From an uncultured Gemmatimonadaceae bacterium (GTDB lineage: Bacteria; Gemmatimonadota; Gemmatimonadetes; Gemmatimonadales; Gemmatimonadaceae), in the NCBI GenBank assembly GCA_963716745.1, contig OY970320.1, forward strand, positions 1 to 64,000: 64,000 nucleotides of DNA, written 5' to 3'. A model generated the notes under the pieces. It did no database searches. It worked only from the letters and a program-made list of their open reading frames with translations, and was not told the DNA's origin. Positions 9,727 to 22,116 of this stretch are shown here, piece by piece. How positions within the stretch are numbered: position 1 is the first letter of the stretch; each line of letters begins with the position of its first letter. Position numbers and translations under genes: made by a program.

Positions 9727-11817
9727 ATGTCGACACGATTCATTCGATACGCGGCGGCAACGCTCGCCGCCGCCGCCTTCGCCGCGTGCACGAAGAAGCC
9801 CGAGACCGCCGCCGCGCCCGCGCCGGCGCCGGCCGCGATGGTCGCGGCCCCCGCTGTCGCCGCGACGCCGCCGATCAGCCTCGCGAACCTCGATACCACG
9901 TGCAAGGCGTGCGCGGACTTCTACGAGTACGCGAACGGAGGTTGGCTCAAGAAGAACACCATTCCCGCGGCGTATTCGCGCTGGGGCGCGTTCAATGAAC
10001 TGAACGACCGGAATCAGGCGGTCTTGCACGAGGTGCTCGACGACGCCGCAATGAACAAGAAGGCGGATGCGAGCGCGGATGTGAAGAAGGTGGGCGTGTA
10101 CTACGCCAGCTGCATGGACTCCGCGGCCATCGAGGCGGCTGGCGCGAAGCCGCTCGACGCCGAGCTCAAGCGTATCAATGACGTGAAAGACCTCAAGGGG
10201 CTGCAGGACGAGATCGCGCGGCTCCACCTGATGAGCGTGAACGTGCTCTTCGGTGAAGGGTCGGAGCAGGATTTTAAAGCCAGCACGAACGTGATCCTCG
10301 TGGTGGCGCAGGGCGGCCTTGGCCTCCCCGAGCGTGACTACTACCTGCGGCCGGACTCCGCGTCGGTGAAGATCCGCGATGCGTACGTCGCGTACATCAC
10401 GCAAACGCTGCAGCTGCTCGGCGATTCGCCCGACGCGGCGAAGGCGGGCGCGGCGCATATCATGGCGATCGAGACCGACCTCGCGAAGGCGTCGCGCACA
10501 CGCGTCGAATTGCGCGATCCGAACGCCAGCTATCACATGATGACGCTTGCCGCCTTCGACTCCGTGACGCCGAATCTCGGCCTGCCCAAGATGCTCGGCG
10601 TGTGGGACGCGCCGAAGATCGCCTCGCTCAACGTCGCACAGCCGGATTTCTTCAAGGCCGCGAACACCATGCTCGCCAGCGTGCCGCTGGAGGACTGGAA
10701 GACGTATCTGCGCTGGCATCTCGCGAGCCGCTCGGCCCCGTGGCTGAGCTCGGCATTCGTCAACACCGAGTTCAAGTACCAGCAGACGCAGACCGGCGCG
10801 AAGGAGCTGCTGCCGCGCTGGAAGCGCTGCTTGCAGATCACCGACCGCCAGATGGGCGAAGCGGTGGGTCAGGCGTACGTCGCCGTCACGTTCTCGCCGG
10901 AAGCGAAGGCGCGGGCACTCGCGATGGTGAAGAACATGGAGAGCGTGCTCTCGGGGCGGATCGATTCGCTGCCCTGGATGTCGGCCGCCACGAAGACGCA
11001 GGCGCAGCAGAAGCTCGCCGCGTTCCTGAACAAGATCGGCTATCCCGACAAGTGGCGCGACTACAGCGCGATGGACATCAAGAAGGGACCGTTCGTGACG
11101 AACTACTTCGCCGCGGACGTGTTCGAATCGCGCCGCGATCTCGCGAAGATCGGGCAGCCGCTGGACCGCCTCGAGTGGGGGATGACGCCGCCGACGGTGA
11201 ACGCGTCGTACAATCCGCTGCGGAACCAGATCTCCTTCCCGGCCGGCATCCTGCAGCCGCCGTTCTTCAATCCGAACGCGGATGACGCCGTGAATTACGG
11301 CGGGATCGGCGCGGTGATCGGCCACGAGATGTCGCATGGCTTCGACGACCAGGGACGGCAGTTCGATGCACAGGGGAATCTTCGCGACTGGTGGACCGCC
11401 TCCGATGCCGCCGAGTACAACCGGCGCGCGAAGCTCGTGGAGGAGCAGTTCACGAGCTACATCGGCATCGACACGCTGCACGTGAACGGCAAGCTCACGC
11501 TGGGCGAGAACATCGGCGACCTGGGCGGCCTCAAGATCGCGTACACGGCGTACATGTTGTCGCTGCACGGCAAGCCGGCGCCGGTGATCGATGGCTTCAC
11601 GGGTCCGCAGCGTTTCTTCCTGTCGTGGGCGCAGGTATGGCGCCAGCTGCAGCGGCCCGAGGCACTGCGCCGTCAGCTGCTCACCGATCCGCATGCGCCG
11701 GGCGTGTGGCGCGTGAATGGTCCGTTGTCGAACATGCCGGAGTTCGCGGCGGCGTTCTCGTGCCATGCGGGAGATGCAATGGTGAGGCCGGATTCTCTGC
11801 GCGCGCAGATCTGGTAG
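9727..11817 (+). CDS. pepO: M13 family metallopeptidase (neprilysin/PepO-like), lipoprotein
   Basis: Lipobox FAAC; VNASY, HEMSH and GENIGD motifs. Confidence 0.93.
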   Translation: MSTRFIRYAAATLAAAAFAACTKKPETAAAPAPAPAAMVAAPAVAATPPISLANLDTTCKACADFYEYANGGWLKKNTIPAAYSRWGAFNELNDRNQAVLHEVLDDAAMNKKADASADVKKVGVYYASCMDSAAIEAAGAKPLDAELKRINDVKDLKGLQDEIARLHLMSVNVLFGEGSEQDFKASTNVILVVAQGGLGLPERDYYLRPDSASVKIRDAYVAYITQTLQLLGDSPDAAKAGAAHIMAIETDLAKASRTRVELRDPNASYHMMTLAAFDSVTPNLGLPKMLGVWDAPKIASLNVAQPDFFKAANTMLASVPLEDWKTYLRWHLASRSAPWLSSAFVNTEFKYQQTQTGAKELLPRWKRCLQITDRQMGEAVGQAYVAVTFSPEAKARALAMVKNMESVLSGRIDSLPWMSAATKTQAQQKLAAFLNKIGYPDKWRDYSAMDIKKGPFVTNYFAADVFESRRDLAKIGQPLDRLEWGMTPPTVNASYNPLRNQISFPAGILQPPFFNPNADDAVNYGGIGAVIGHEMSHGFDDQGRQFDAQGNLRDWWTASDAAEYNRRAKLVEEQFTSYIGIDTLHVNGKLTLGENIGDLGGLKIAYTAYMLSLHGKPAPVIDGFTGPQRFFLSWAQVWRQLQRPEALRRQLLTDPHAPGVWRVNGPLSNMPEFAAAFSCHAGDAMVRPDSLRAQIW

Positions 11818-11827
11818 GTCGTCACTG

Positions 11828-11865
11828 CAGACCGAGACGCTAGACCTGGACGCTAGACTGCGAAG
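11828..11865 (+). repeat. TAGAC-based tandem repeat, copy 3
   Basis: cagacc gagacgc tagacc tggacgc tagact gcgaag (13-bp period). Confidence 0.75.
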
Positions 11866-11874
11866 TGGGATCGC

Positions 11875-11904
11875 GAAACGGCCGCCCGCTCGGGCGGCCG
11901 TTTC
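11875..11904. terminator. Bidirectional intrinsic terminator between pepO and icd
   Basis: gaaacggccgccc-gctc-gggcggccgtttc, 13-bp perfect stem. Confidence 0.8.
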
Positions 11905-11952
11905 ATGCATTCTCAACGCGCGTCAGCGGCTACCAGTCTCGCCGTCTTGCAG

Positions 11953-13209
<1,257 letters not shown>

Positions 13210-13237
13210 GTGCTGGGTTCCCGTGATACCGTGATGG

Positions 13238-14452
13238 ATGATCGCCTCGGGAGAATCTGCCGCCGCACCGGCGTCGCGGCAACGGAGCGCGCCGTACGAC
13301 GTGGCCGTGGTGGGTCTGGGTGCCATGGGTAGCGCCACGCTCTGGCAGTTCGCGAAACGTGGCGTGCGCGCGGTGGGGATCGACCGTTTCGCACCGCCGC
13401 ACATCCACGGCTCCACGCACGGGCACACGCGCATCATCCGCGAGGCATACTACGAACACCCGGTGTACGTGCCGCTCGTGCGGCGCGCGTACAGGCTGTG
13501 GGACGAACTCGCCGCGGAGACGCGCTCGCGCCTCTTCCTCGCCACCGGCGGTCTCATGATCGGGGACGAGCAGGGCACGCTCGTTCGCGGCGCGCTGCGC
13601 AGTGCGCGTGATCACGGACTCGACTACGAGCTCATCGGCGCGGCCGACGTGCGGCGGCGCTTTCCCGCTCTCACGCCGCCCGATGGGCACGTCGCCGTCC
13701 ACGAGCCGCGCGCCGGACTGCTCTTTCCCGAGGTGGCCGTCACCGCGATGCTCGGACTCGCGGCCGCCGCGGGCGCCGAGGTGCGCACGGGCGCGCGCGT
13801 CACGGGATGGCGCGCGGCGGCCGGCGGGTTCACCGTCGCGACCGATCGGGGCAATGTCACGGCCGCGCGCGTGGTGCTCGCGCCGGGCGCGTGGATGGGA
13901 TCGCTCGTGCCCGAGCTCGCCGCGTCGCTCACGCCCACGCGGCAGATGGGCCACTGGTTCGAGCCGAAGGCGCATCCGGAACTCTTTCGCGCCGATCGGC
14001 TGCCCATTCTGCTCTGGGAACACGCGGCCGAGCGGTTCTTCTATTCACTGCCCGACGCGGGCGACGGTCTCAAGGCGTCGATCCATCACGAGGGAAGGCC
14101 GGTGGACCCCGACGCGCCGCGCGAAGCGGTGACGGAGTCGGAAACGGCATCGCTGCTCGAGATCATGCGGCGCCTGATGCCCGACGGCGCCGGGCGCGTG
14201 CGCGAGATGAGCACGTGTCTCTATACGAACACGCCCGATGGCCACTTCGCGATCGGCCGGCATCCCGCGCATCCCGAGGTGCTCATCGCGAGCCCGTGCT
14301 CAGGGCACGGCTTCAAGTTCGCGCCGGCGATCGGCGAGCTGCTCGCCGGCCTCGCGCTCGGCGAGCCGCCGCGCTTCGACCTCGAGCTCTTCCGGCTCGA
14401 CCGGCTATGGCGCGCCGCGGCACCCCATACCACTCCGCCCGCGGCTCGATAG
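13238..14452 (+). CDS. solA: N-methyl-L-tryptophan/monomeric sarcosine oxidase
   Basis: GLGAMG FAD motif, [15 protein letters not shown] and SGHGFKF. Confidence 0.9.
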   Translation: MIASGESAAAPASRQRSAPYDVAVVGLGAMGSATLWQFAKRGVRAVGIDRFAPPHIHGSTHGHTRIIREAYYEHPVYVPLVRRAYRLWDELAAETRSRLFLATGGLMIGDEQGTLVRGALRSARDHGLDYELIGAADVRRRFPALTPPDGHVAVHEPRAGLLFPEVAVTAMLGLAAAAGAEVRTGARVTGWRAAAGGFTVATDRGNVTAARVVLAPGAWMGSLVPELAASLTPTRQMGHWFEPKAHPELFRADRLPILLWEHAAERFFYSLPDAGDGLKASIHHEGRPVDPDAPREAVTESETASLLEIMRRLMPDGAGRVREMSTCLYTNTPDGHFAIGRHPAHPEVLIASPCSGHGFKFAPAIGELLAGLALGEPPRFDLELFRLDRLWRAAAPHTTPPAAR

Positions 14453-14490
14453 CTTTCTGGGGCTACAACATCCCCTTTGGAGATCGGTTA

Positions 14491-15782
<1,292 letters not shown>

Positions 15783-15783
15783 G

Positions 15784-15931
15784 GCATCGGACATCGGGCC
15801 GGGTGCATCGTGCCTGGTGCATCGTGCATCGTAATGGCGGGCGAGGGGTAAGTCCTCGCCCGCATTGCGTTTCGGGGTATCGCGGGGTAACTTTGTGCGT
15901 CTAGAAGTGTACCGATGCACCAGGCACGATG
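15784..15931. repeat. GCATCG heptamer array with perfect 19-bp inverted arms enclosing a hairpin and a promoter
   Basis: catcgtgcctggtgcatcg (15806-15824) and cgatgcaccaggcacgatg (15913-15931); inner stem 15837-15863. Confidence 0.85.
15865..15893 (+). promoter_or_regulatory. Candidate sigma70 promoter for rpsU-infA
   Basis: TTGCGT-N17-TAACTT. Confidence 0.5.
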
Positions 15932-15958
15932 AACGCCCTACTCAAGGACTGATAAATC

Positions 15959-16153
15959 GTGGTCGAGATCATTCTCGGAGAGAACGACCGGATCGAAGTG
16001 GCGCTCAAGCAGTTCCAGCGCAAGGTGATCCGCGCCGGAGTGCTCAAGGACGTGCGCAAGAAGCGCTTCTACGTGAAGCCCAGCGAGGCGCGCCAGAAGA
16101 AGGCGGAGGCCGCGCGTCAGCGCAGCGCCCGCGCGCAGCGTAACGCCCGCTAA
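15959..16153 (+). CDS. rpsU: 30S ribosomal protein S21
   Basis: IEVALKQFQRKV...RKKRFYVKPS, 64 aa. Confidence 0.93.
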   Translation: MVEIILGENDRIEVALKQFQRKVIRAGVLKDVRKKRFYVKPSEARQKKAEAARQRSARAQRNAR

Positions 16154-16165
16154 GCGCCGCTCCGG

Positions 16166-16387
16166 ATGGCGAAGAAGGACGCGATCGAGCTGGAGGGCAC
16201 GGTCACCGAAGTACTTCCCAACGCGACGTTCCGCGTAGCAGTGAGCGAGGACCACACCGTACTGACGACCCTTGGCGGCAACATGCGCCGGTTCCGCATT
16301 CGCGTGCTCGCGGGCGACCGGGTGCGCATTGAAGTCAGTCCGTATGATCTCACGCGGGGTCGGATCACGTTTCGGCATAAGAGCTGA
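16166..16387 (+). CDS. infA: Translation initiation factor IF-1
   Basis: [13 protein letters not shown]...[13 protein letters not shown]. Confidence 0.97.
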   Translation: MAKKDAIELEGTVTEVLPNATFRVAVSEDHTVLTTLGGNMRRFRIRVLAGDRVRIEVSPYDLTRGRITFRHKS

Positions 16388-16469
16388 GCTGGTCGGGCGG
16401 GTTCATCAAGCGGGCTCCTTAGTGGGTCCGCTTTGTTGTTTCTGATAGAGCACAAGCACGAGTAGCTTT

Positions 16470-16570
16470 CGGGAAGCGGGAAACGGGAAGCGCCGCGGGA
16501 CGCGAGAACGGCGCGAGGTGCTCCCGCGCAGTATTCGCGTCCCGCGGCGCTTCCCGCTTCCCGCTTTCCG
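16470..16570. repeat. 36-bp inverted repeat with CGGGAAR heptamer ends
   Basis: Arms 16470-16505 and 16535-16570, 2 mismatches. Confidence 0.88.
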
Positions 16571-16587
16571 CTCCCACGGAGCCAAGC

Positions 16588-17436
16588 ATGATCATTGAGA
16601 ATGTCTCCGACACCGCCCGCTGGGTCGCGGTGTATCGCGCGATGGAAACGGAGCGGGCGAATCCGTTGTTCAGGGACCCGTACGCGCGGCGGTTGGCTGG
16701 GGAGAAGGGCGAGGCGATCGTCAACAGCATGAAGCGCGGGCGCCAGATGGCGTGGGCGATGATCGTGCGCACGCAGGTGCTCGACGAGTTCATCATGGGC
16801 GCGATCCGGGATGGCGCCGACACGGTGCTCAATCTCGCGGCGGGTCTCGACGCGCGGCCATGGCGCATGGAGCTGCCGCCCACGCTGCGATGGTTCGACG
16901 CCGATCTGCCGGGCATCCTGAATTACAAGACCGAGATGATGAAAGGAGAGAAGCCGCGGTGCGTGTACGAGCCGGTGACCGTGGACCTCACCGATCGCAC
17001 GGCGCGCCAGGAACTCTTCAAGCGCATCGGCGCCGCGTCGAAGAAGGTGCTGGTCATCTCGGAGGGACTGTTGATCTACCTCACCGAGGAGCAGGTGGCG
17101 GCGCTCGCCGATGATCTGCATGGCGCGCCGGCGTTCCAGTGGTGGTGCATCGATCTCGCGAGTCCCCAGCTGCTGAAGATGATGGACCGCTGGATGAAGA
17201 ACCCCACCCTCAAGAAGAACGCGCCGTTCAAGTTCGGGCCGGAGGCGAGCACGAATTTCTTCCTGCCGCACGGCTGGAAAGTGAAAGAGTGGCGCTCCTC
17301 CATCGAGGAGGCGACGCGGCTCGATCGCGAGATGCCCAACATGTGGATCATGAAGTTCTTCCGGTTCATCGCCTCGGCGAAACGGAAGGAAGGCATTCGC
17401 CGCATGACGATGTTCGTGCTCTTCGAGCGCACGTAG
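16588..17436 (+). CDS. SAM-dependent methyltransferase (LCM family)
   Basis: TARWVAVYRA, LAAGLDAR and SEGLLIYL motifs. Confidence 0.88.
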   Translation: MIIENVSDTARWVAVYRAMETERANPLFRDPYARRLAGEKGEAIVNSMKRGRQMAWAMIVRTQVLDEFIMGAIRDGADTVLNLAAGLDARPWRMELPPTLRWFDADLPGILNYKTEMMKGEKPRCVYEPVTVDLTDRTARQELFKRIGAASKKVLVISEGLLIYLTEEQVAALADDLHGAPAFQWWCIDLASPQLLKMMDRWMKNPTLKKNAPFKFGPEASTNFFLPHGWKVKEWRSSIEEATRLDREMPNMWIMKFFRFIASAKRKEGIRRMTMFVLFERT

Positions 17437-17459
17437 CGCCGCCTGGCGCCTTCACGCGA

Positions 17460-17491
17460 ACGTAATCCGTTCGCGAGTCTCACGTAATCCG
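17460..17491 (+). promoter_or_regulatory. Perfect 10-bp direct repeat with 12-bp spacer upstream of tonB (candidate regulator site)
   Basis: acgtaatccg at 17460-17469 and 17482-17491. Confidence 0.4.
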
Positions 17492-17571
17492 GCCGTCACG
17501 AGGGCGAAACCTGCCCGCGGTACTCTCACACTGGGGAGTGTGCATCACACCTCAGCGCGGGAGACGGCACC

Positions 17572-18261
17572 ATGTTCACGAGACTGATCGAATCGCGGCG
17601 GACGAGCGAACGCGGCGCGGGCGGCACGGCGGCGAGCGTCGTGGCGCATGTCGTGGTGATCGGTGGAGTCGCACTGGCCACGCTCGGCGCGGCGGCGGGC
17701 CGCCACGAGCCGGTCGCGTCCCAGATGCTCATCTACACGCCGTTGGACCCGTCGGCGCCGCACCACGCGCCGGCCGCACCGCGCACACCGCCTGCGCCGA
17801 CGGCGCCATGCGCCGACTGTTTCCCACTGCACGTCCCCGTACCGGAACCGGCGGTCGCTACGGGCGACGATGTCGCCCCGGAGGACCCTTTTATCTTCGG
17901 CCCCGTCGGAACGGCGGGCAGCGGCGGCTCGGCGCCGGGCACGGGCGAGAATCGTTGCGTCGATTGCATCTACGAGACAGCCGACGAGCCTGCCCATCCC
18001 TTCGGTGGCAATGCGCCGCCGGTCTATCCACCGATGCTGCGGAACCTGCGTGTTACCGGCACGGTCGTCGCGCGATTCGTCGTGGATACCATCGGCTGCG
18101 TGGAGCCGGCGAGCGTGCAATTCGAGAGTGCCGGCGACGAATTGTTCGAGAATGCCGCGCGGCGCGCGCTGCTCACGTGGCGCTTCCAGCCCGCGGCGAC
18201 GAACGGGCACCGCGTGCGCATCCTCGTCCGTCAGGAATTCAGCTTCCGCCTCACGCCGTAG
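17572..18261 (+). CDS. tonB: TonB-family energy transducer
   Basis: N-terminal TM with SxxxH (SVVAH), Pro-rich linker, C-terminal YP...GTVVARFVVD...WRFQPA. Confidence 0.85.
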   Translation: MFTRLIESRRTSERGAGGTAASVVAHVVVIGGVALATLGAAAGRHEPVASQMLIYTPLDPSAPHHAPAAPRTPPAPTAPCADCFPLHVPVPEPAVATGDDVAPEDPFIFGPVGTAGSGGSAPGTGENRCVDCIYETADEPAHPFGGNAPPVYPPMLRNLRVTGTVVARFVVDTIGCVEPASVQFESAGDELFENAARRALLTWRFQPAATNGHRVRILVRQEFSFRLTP

Positions 18262-19294
18262 CCGCGCCCGGCTCCTGGAACGTGCCGGTGCGCTTCATCT
18301 CCTGGTAGGCCATCGCCTTGAGCCGCGCGATACGCAGCGCGATCGGCGGATGCGTGCCGAAGACGTTCGCGAGGAAGCCCTGCTGGTCGTTCACCGCGCG
18401 CCCGAGTGGATCGGCAATGCAGAGATGCGCCGTTCCGCTCGGGATCGCGCGCGTCGGCTCGCTCGCGGCGTCGATCTTCTGCAGCGCGTCGGCGAGCGCG
18501 CCGGGATTGCGCGTGAACTGCGCGCTCATCGCATCGGCGAGATATTCGCGGTCGCGACTGACGCCGAGCGCCAGCGCGCGCACGATGATCGGCGCGAGCA
18601 CCCAGCTCAGCACCCAGAGCACCATGAGGATCAGGCCCAGCCCGGAGTTGTCGCTCTTGCTGTCGCTCCGGTCGCGGCTCCCGCTGCTGCCGCCGGGCAG
18701 GATCCCCATGCGCATGGAGCCCTGGCCAATGAGCGCGACAGCGCCCACGAGTGCGGCGAGCAGCGTCATGAGCCGAACGTCCAGATTCTTGATGTGCCCC
18801 ATCTCGTGGCCGATCACGGCCTGCAGTTCATCGCGATTGAGCGTATCGATCAGTCCCTGCGTCACCGCGATGTTCGCACCCTGCTCATCGTGCCCCGTCG
18901 CGAACGCGTTCGGATCCGGATCGGGCACGATCCAGATGCGCGGCCGCGGGATGCCCGACGCCACCGCCATCTCGTCCACGACATTGATGAGCTGCGTCTC
19001 CTGCGGCGTCTGCGCGTCGGTGAGTTCGAACGCGCCGGTCGAGGCGAGCACGCGGCGCGGCCCGTTCCGCCACGCCGACCACGCGAAGGCCGCCGCGACC
19101 AGCGTGAGGATGATCCCGAACAGCGGTGAGAAGTGCGCCGGCCGGTCCGGATGCGCGCTCTTCGCCATCCAGTACTGGATCGCGTCGGCGCCGAAGCCGA
19201 GCCACAGGAAGAACATCACGAACCAGATCACCAGCCACCGCGACTTCCGGCGATTGGCCTCCTGCTGCGCGAAAAGGTTGACCGGGTCGCTCAC
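18251..19294 (-). CDS. htpX: M48 family metallopeptidase (HtpX-like)
   Basis: PNAFATG, HEMGH, REYLAD and THPP motifs; start overlaps the lemA stop. Confidence 0.9.
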   Translation of the reverse strand: MSDPVNLFAQQEANRRKSRWLVIWFVMFFLWLGFGADAIQYWMAKSAHPDRPAHFSPLFGIILTLVAAAFAWSAWRNGPRRVLASTGAFELTDAQTPQETQLINVVDEMAVASGIPRPRIWIVPDPDPNAFATGHDEQGANIAVTQGLIDTLNRDELQAVIGHEMGHIKNLDVRLMTLLAALVGAVALIGQGSMRMGILPGGSSGSRDRSDSKSDNSGLGLILMVLWVLSWVLAPIIVRALALGVSRDREYLADAMSAQFTRNPGALADALQKIDAASEPTRAIPSGTAHLCIADPLGRAVNDQQGFLANVFGTHPPIALRIARLKAMAYQEMKRTGTFQEPGAATA

Positions 19295-19899
19295 GTCTTG
19301 GGCGTCATGCCCAGATCGACTTTCACCACGTCGCGCTCGGCCGCATCGGTGATCTCCCACAGCGACGCCGCGCTCGCGCCCGGCGAAGCCGGCGACCAGG
19401 CTGCCCGGGAACTGCTGCTGCTTGGTGTTGTATTCCGTGGCCGTGTCGTTGTAGAGCTGGCGCGAGAACGCGATCTTGTTCTCGGTGCTCGTGAGCTCCT
19501 CCTGCAGCGCCTTGATGTTCCCCGTGGCCTTGAGATCGGGATACGCCTCCACGATCGCCATGAAGCGGGTGAGCGCGCCGGTGAGCTGCGTCTCCGCGGC
19601 GGCGGTCTGCTTGCACGACCTGCGCGCTCGGCAACCCGGCGCCGCCGCCGCTCTGCGTGCGCCGCGATCGCGCTGTTGCGCGCCTGCACCACGGCCTCGA
19701 GCGTCGACTTCTCGAAGTTCATCGCGCCCTTTACGGATTCGATGAGGTTCGGGATCAGGTCGTGGCGCCGCTTGAGCTGGACGTCGATCTGTTTCCAGGC
19801 GTTGGCCACCTGATTCTTGAGCGCGATCAGGCCGTTGAACGTGCTGAAGAACCAGATCCCGACGATGACGATGAGGCCGATGAGGATCAGCATACTCAT
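19291..19899 (-). CDS. lemA: LemA family protein (several apparent frameshifts)
   Basis: IDVQLKRRHDLIPNL and EAYPDLKA...TENKIAFSRQLYN in different frames. Confidence 0.88.
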   Translation of the reverse strand: MSMLILIGLIVIVGIWFFSTFNGLIALKNQVANAWKQIDVQLKRRHDLIPNLIESVKGAMNFEKSTLEAVVQARNSAIAAHAERRRRRVAERAGRASRPPPRRRSSPARSPASWRSWRRIPISRPRGTSRRCRRSSRAPRTRSRSRASSTTTRPRNTTPSSSSSRAAWSPASPGASAASLWEITDAAERDVVKVDLGMTPKT

Positions 19900-19994
19900 G
19901 CTCGCTCCTGTGCCGGTTGGGTAGAGAACGACGAACGGGGCGGCCAGTCACGCCCGCCCCGCTATGCATTACGGAAACCGCGGTGGCGGAAGTG

Positions 19995-20179
19995 TCAGCT
20001 CTTCTCGGGGGTGCTCGATCCGGCCTTCTTCTTCTGTCCATCAAGAAAGTGGCGGGCAGCAGGAAGAGCGGCGTCAGCACCATGCCGAGGAGCGTGTTCA
20101 CCCAGATGAGCGCGATGTAGAAGCCGCCGAGTCCGAGGCCGACCCAAAGCACGCCGAGCGTTCCGCCGGAGGTTTCCAT
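19995..20179 (-). CDS. Possible small membrane protein (3' end uncertain)
   Basis: ATG at 20179 followed by a hydrophobic stretch; a plausible end needs a frame change. Confidence 0.35.
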
Positions 20180-20290
20180 GAGTATGATCGGAGGGTGGGA
20201 AAGCGCGTACGGCTGACGATGGAAATGTAGGCTGCGTTGGCATCGCCGCGCCAGTGGAGCGACGCCGCCCGGTATCGTACGTTACAACCC

Positions 20291-21584
20291 ATGGACGATC
20301 CACGCCGGACCGTGGAGGAAGCGATCGCCGGCTTCGCGCCGGAGCGTCCGGTCGTGCTCGCCGTTTCGGGCGGCCGAGATTCCATGGTGCTCCTGCACGC
20401 GATGGCACGCGCTCGTCCCGATCTCGTGGCAATGGTGGCCACGCTCGACCACGGCACGGGTGCCGCGGCCACGCGTGCCGCGGCGCTGGTGGTGCGCGAA
20501 GCGAAGGCGCTCGGCCTGCCGGTGCGCCGCGGGCGGGCTCGCGCCGTTGCGCGCACCGAAGAGGCGTGGCGCTCCGCGCGATGGGAGTTCCTTGGCGCAC
20601 TCGCGCGCGAGCTCGATGCGCGCGTAGCGACCGCTCATACGCGCGACGACCAGATCGAGACCGTGATCATGCGCGTGTTGCGTGGCAGCGCGGCGCGCGG
20701 CCTCGCGGGACTTCTCGCGCGGGGCCCGGTGCTGCGTCCGCTCGTGGAGGTCGATGGCGACGCGATCGCCGGCTACGCGCGGCGCCACGACGTGCGCTGG
20801 ATCGAGGACCCGTCCAACGCGTCGCGTGCGCATCTGCGCAATCGCATCCGGCTCGATCTGCGCCCCGCGCTCGAGCGCGCGCACCCGGGATTCTCCGCGG
20901 AGATGCTCGCGCTCTCGCGGCGCGCGGCGGCGTTGCGCGAACAGGTGGAGCGACTCGCGGTCGCCATGGCGGCCGTCGATGCGAATACGCAAGCCGTGTC
21001 AGGTTGCCCGCTCCACACTCGCGGGCTATGATGCGAGAGGACTCGCGTTGCTATGGCCCGCGATCGCCGCGGGGATCGGCGTAGCGCTCGATCGCCGCGG
21101 CGCAGAGCGATTGGCCGGCTTCACACACAGCGGACGGCCCGGTTCACGGATCCAGCTCTCCGGCGGCTACGAGGCGGTGATCCACCGCGAGATGATCCTC
21201 TTGCGTCGGTCGGAACGAGCGGCACCTTCGCGCGCCACGAGATTGCGAGGCGGCGGGGTGACGATGGGCGGCTGGCGGTTCCGCGCCGCGCACGGCGCGC
21301 CCGAATCGCTGTGGAACGCTGAGCTGCCCGGCGGTGTTCCTTTAGTAGCGAGGCCGTGGCGGCCGGGCGACCGGATGACGCCGGTGGGCGCCGACGCGCC
21401 GCGGCGAGTGAAAGGCCTGTTGCGTGACGCCGGCGTCGATGCCGCGCGTCGCGCGGGTTGGCCGGTGGTGCTTGCCGGCGAGGAGATCGTGTGGGTGCCC
21501 GGAGTACGCCGCAGCAGCGCGGCGACCGCCCGGTCCGGACGACCGGTGGTGCGATATCTCTGTGAGCCTCTCGACGACCGCTGA
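20291..21584 (+). CDS. tilS: tRNA(Ile)-lysidine synthetase (apparent frameshift ~21005)
   Basis: SGGRDS PP-loop, TAHTRDDQIET, DPSN...RNRIR; C-terminal domain RPWRPGDR in the next frame. Confidence 0.9.
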
Positions 21585-22116
21585 TCCCCGTCTCGCGGGA
21601 CGTGCCGTGCGTCGCATCGTGTACGATGCGCCGGCGATCGCGAAGCGTGTGCATGAACTCGGCGCCGCGATCACCGCGGAGTATCCCGACGAACCATTGC
21701 TCGTGCTCGGGCTTCTAAAAGGGAGCTTCATCTTCCTGGGCGACCTCGTGCGCGAGATCCACCGGCCGCTGCAGGTCGATTTCGTGGTCGCCAGCAGCTA
21801 CGGCAACGCGATGGCATCCAGCGGTGACGTACAGATGGTCTATGATCCGGAAACGGATCTCTCAGGAAAACACATCATTTTGGTGGAAGACATAGTAGAT
21901 TCAGGACGTACCATCGGCGTCCTGTGGGACCGGCTCGCCACCCGCCAGCCCAAATCGCTGGCGATCTGCGCGCTGCTCCACAAGCACATCGCCGAGCACC
22001 TGCGGCATCCTGTGCGCTACGTGGGGTTCAATGCACCGAACGAATTCCTCGTGGGGTACGGGTTGGATCACGCGGAGGACTTCCGCCACTTGCCCTATAT
22101 CGCGAGCCTGAAGTAA
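21562..22116 (+). CDS. hpt: Hypoxanthine phosphoribosyltransferase
   Basis: LKGSFIF, VEDIVDSGRT and FLVGYGLD motifs. Confidence 0.95.
   Translation: MSLSTTADPRLAGRAVRRIVYDAPAIAKRVHELGAAITAEYPDEPLLVLGLLKGSFIFLGDLVREIHRPLQVDFVVASSYGNAMASSGDVQMVYDPETDLSGKHIILVEDIVDSGRTIGVLWDRLATRQPKSLAICALLHKHIAEHLRHPVRYVGFNAPNEFLVGYGLDHAEDFRHLPYIASLK

Noticed and set aside
9202..11865. Short repeats as a CRISPR array
   Set aside because: Units are 6-7 bp with no unique spacers of regular length and no cas genes.
18251..20179. 642-aa ORF as a small-protein/LemA/HtpX fusion
   Set aside because: An artefact of frameshifts in lemA; lemA and htpX have their own overlapping stop and start at 19291-19294.
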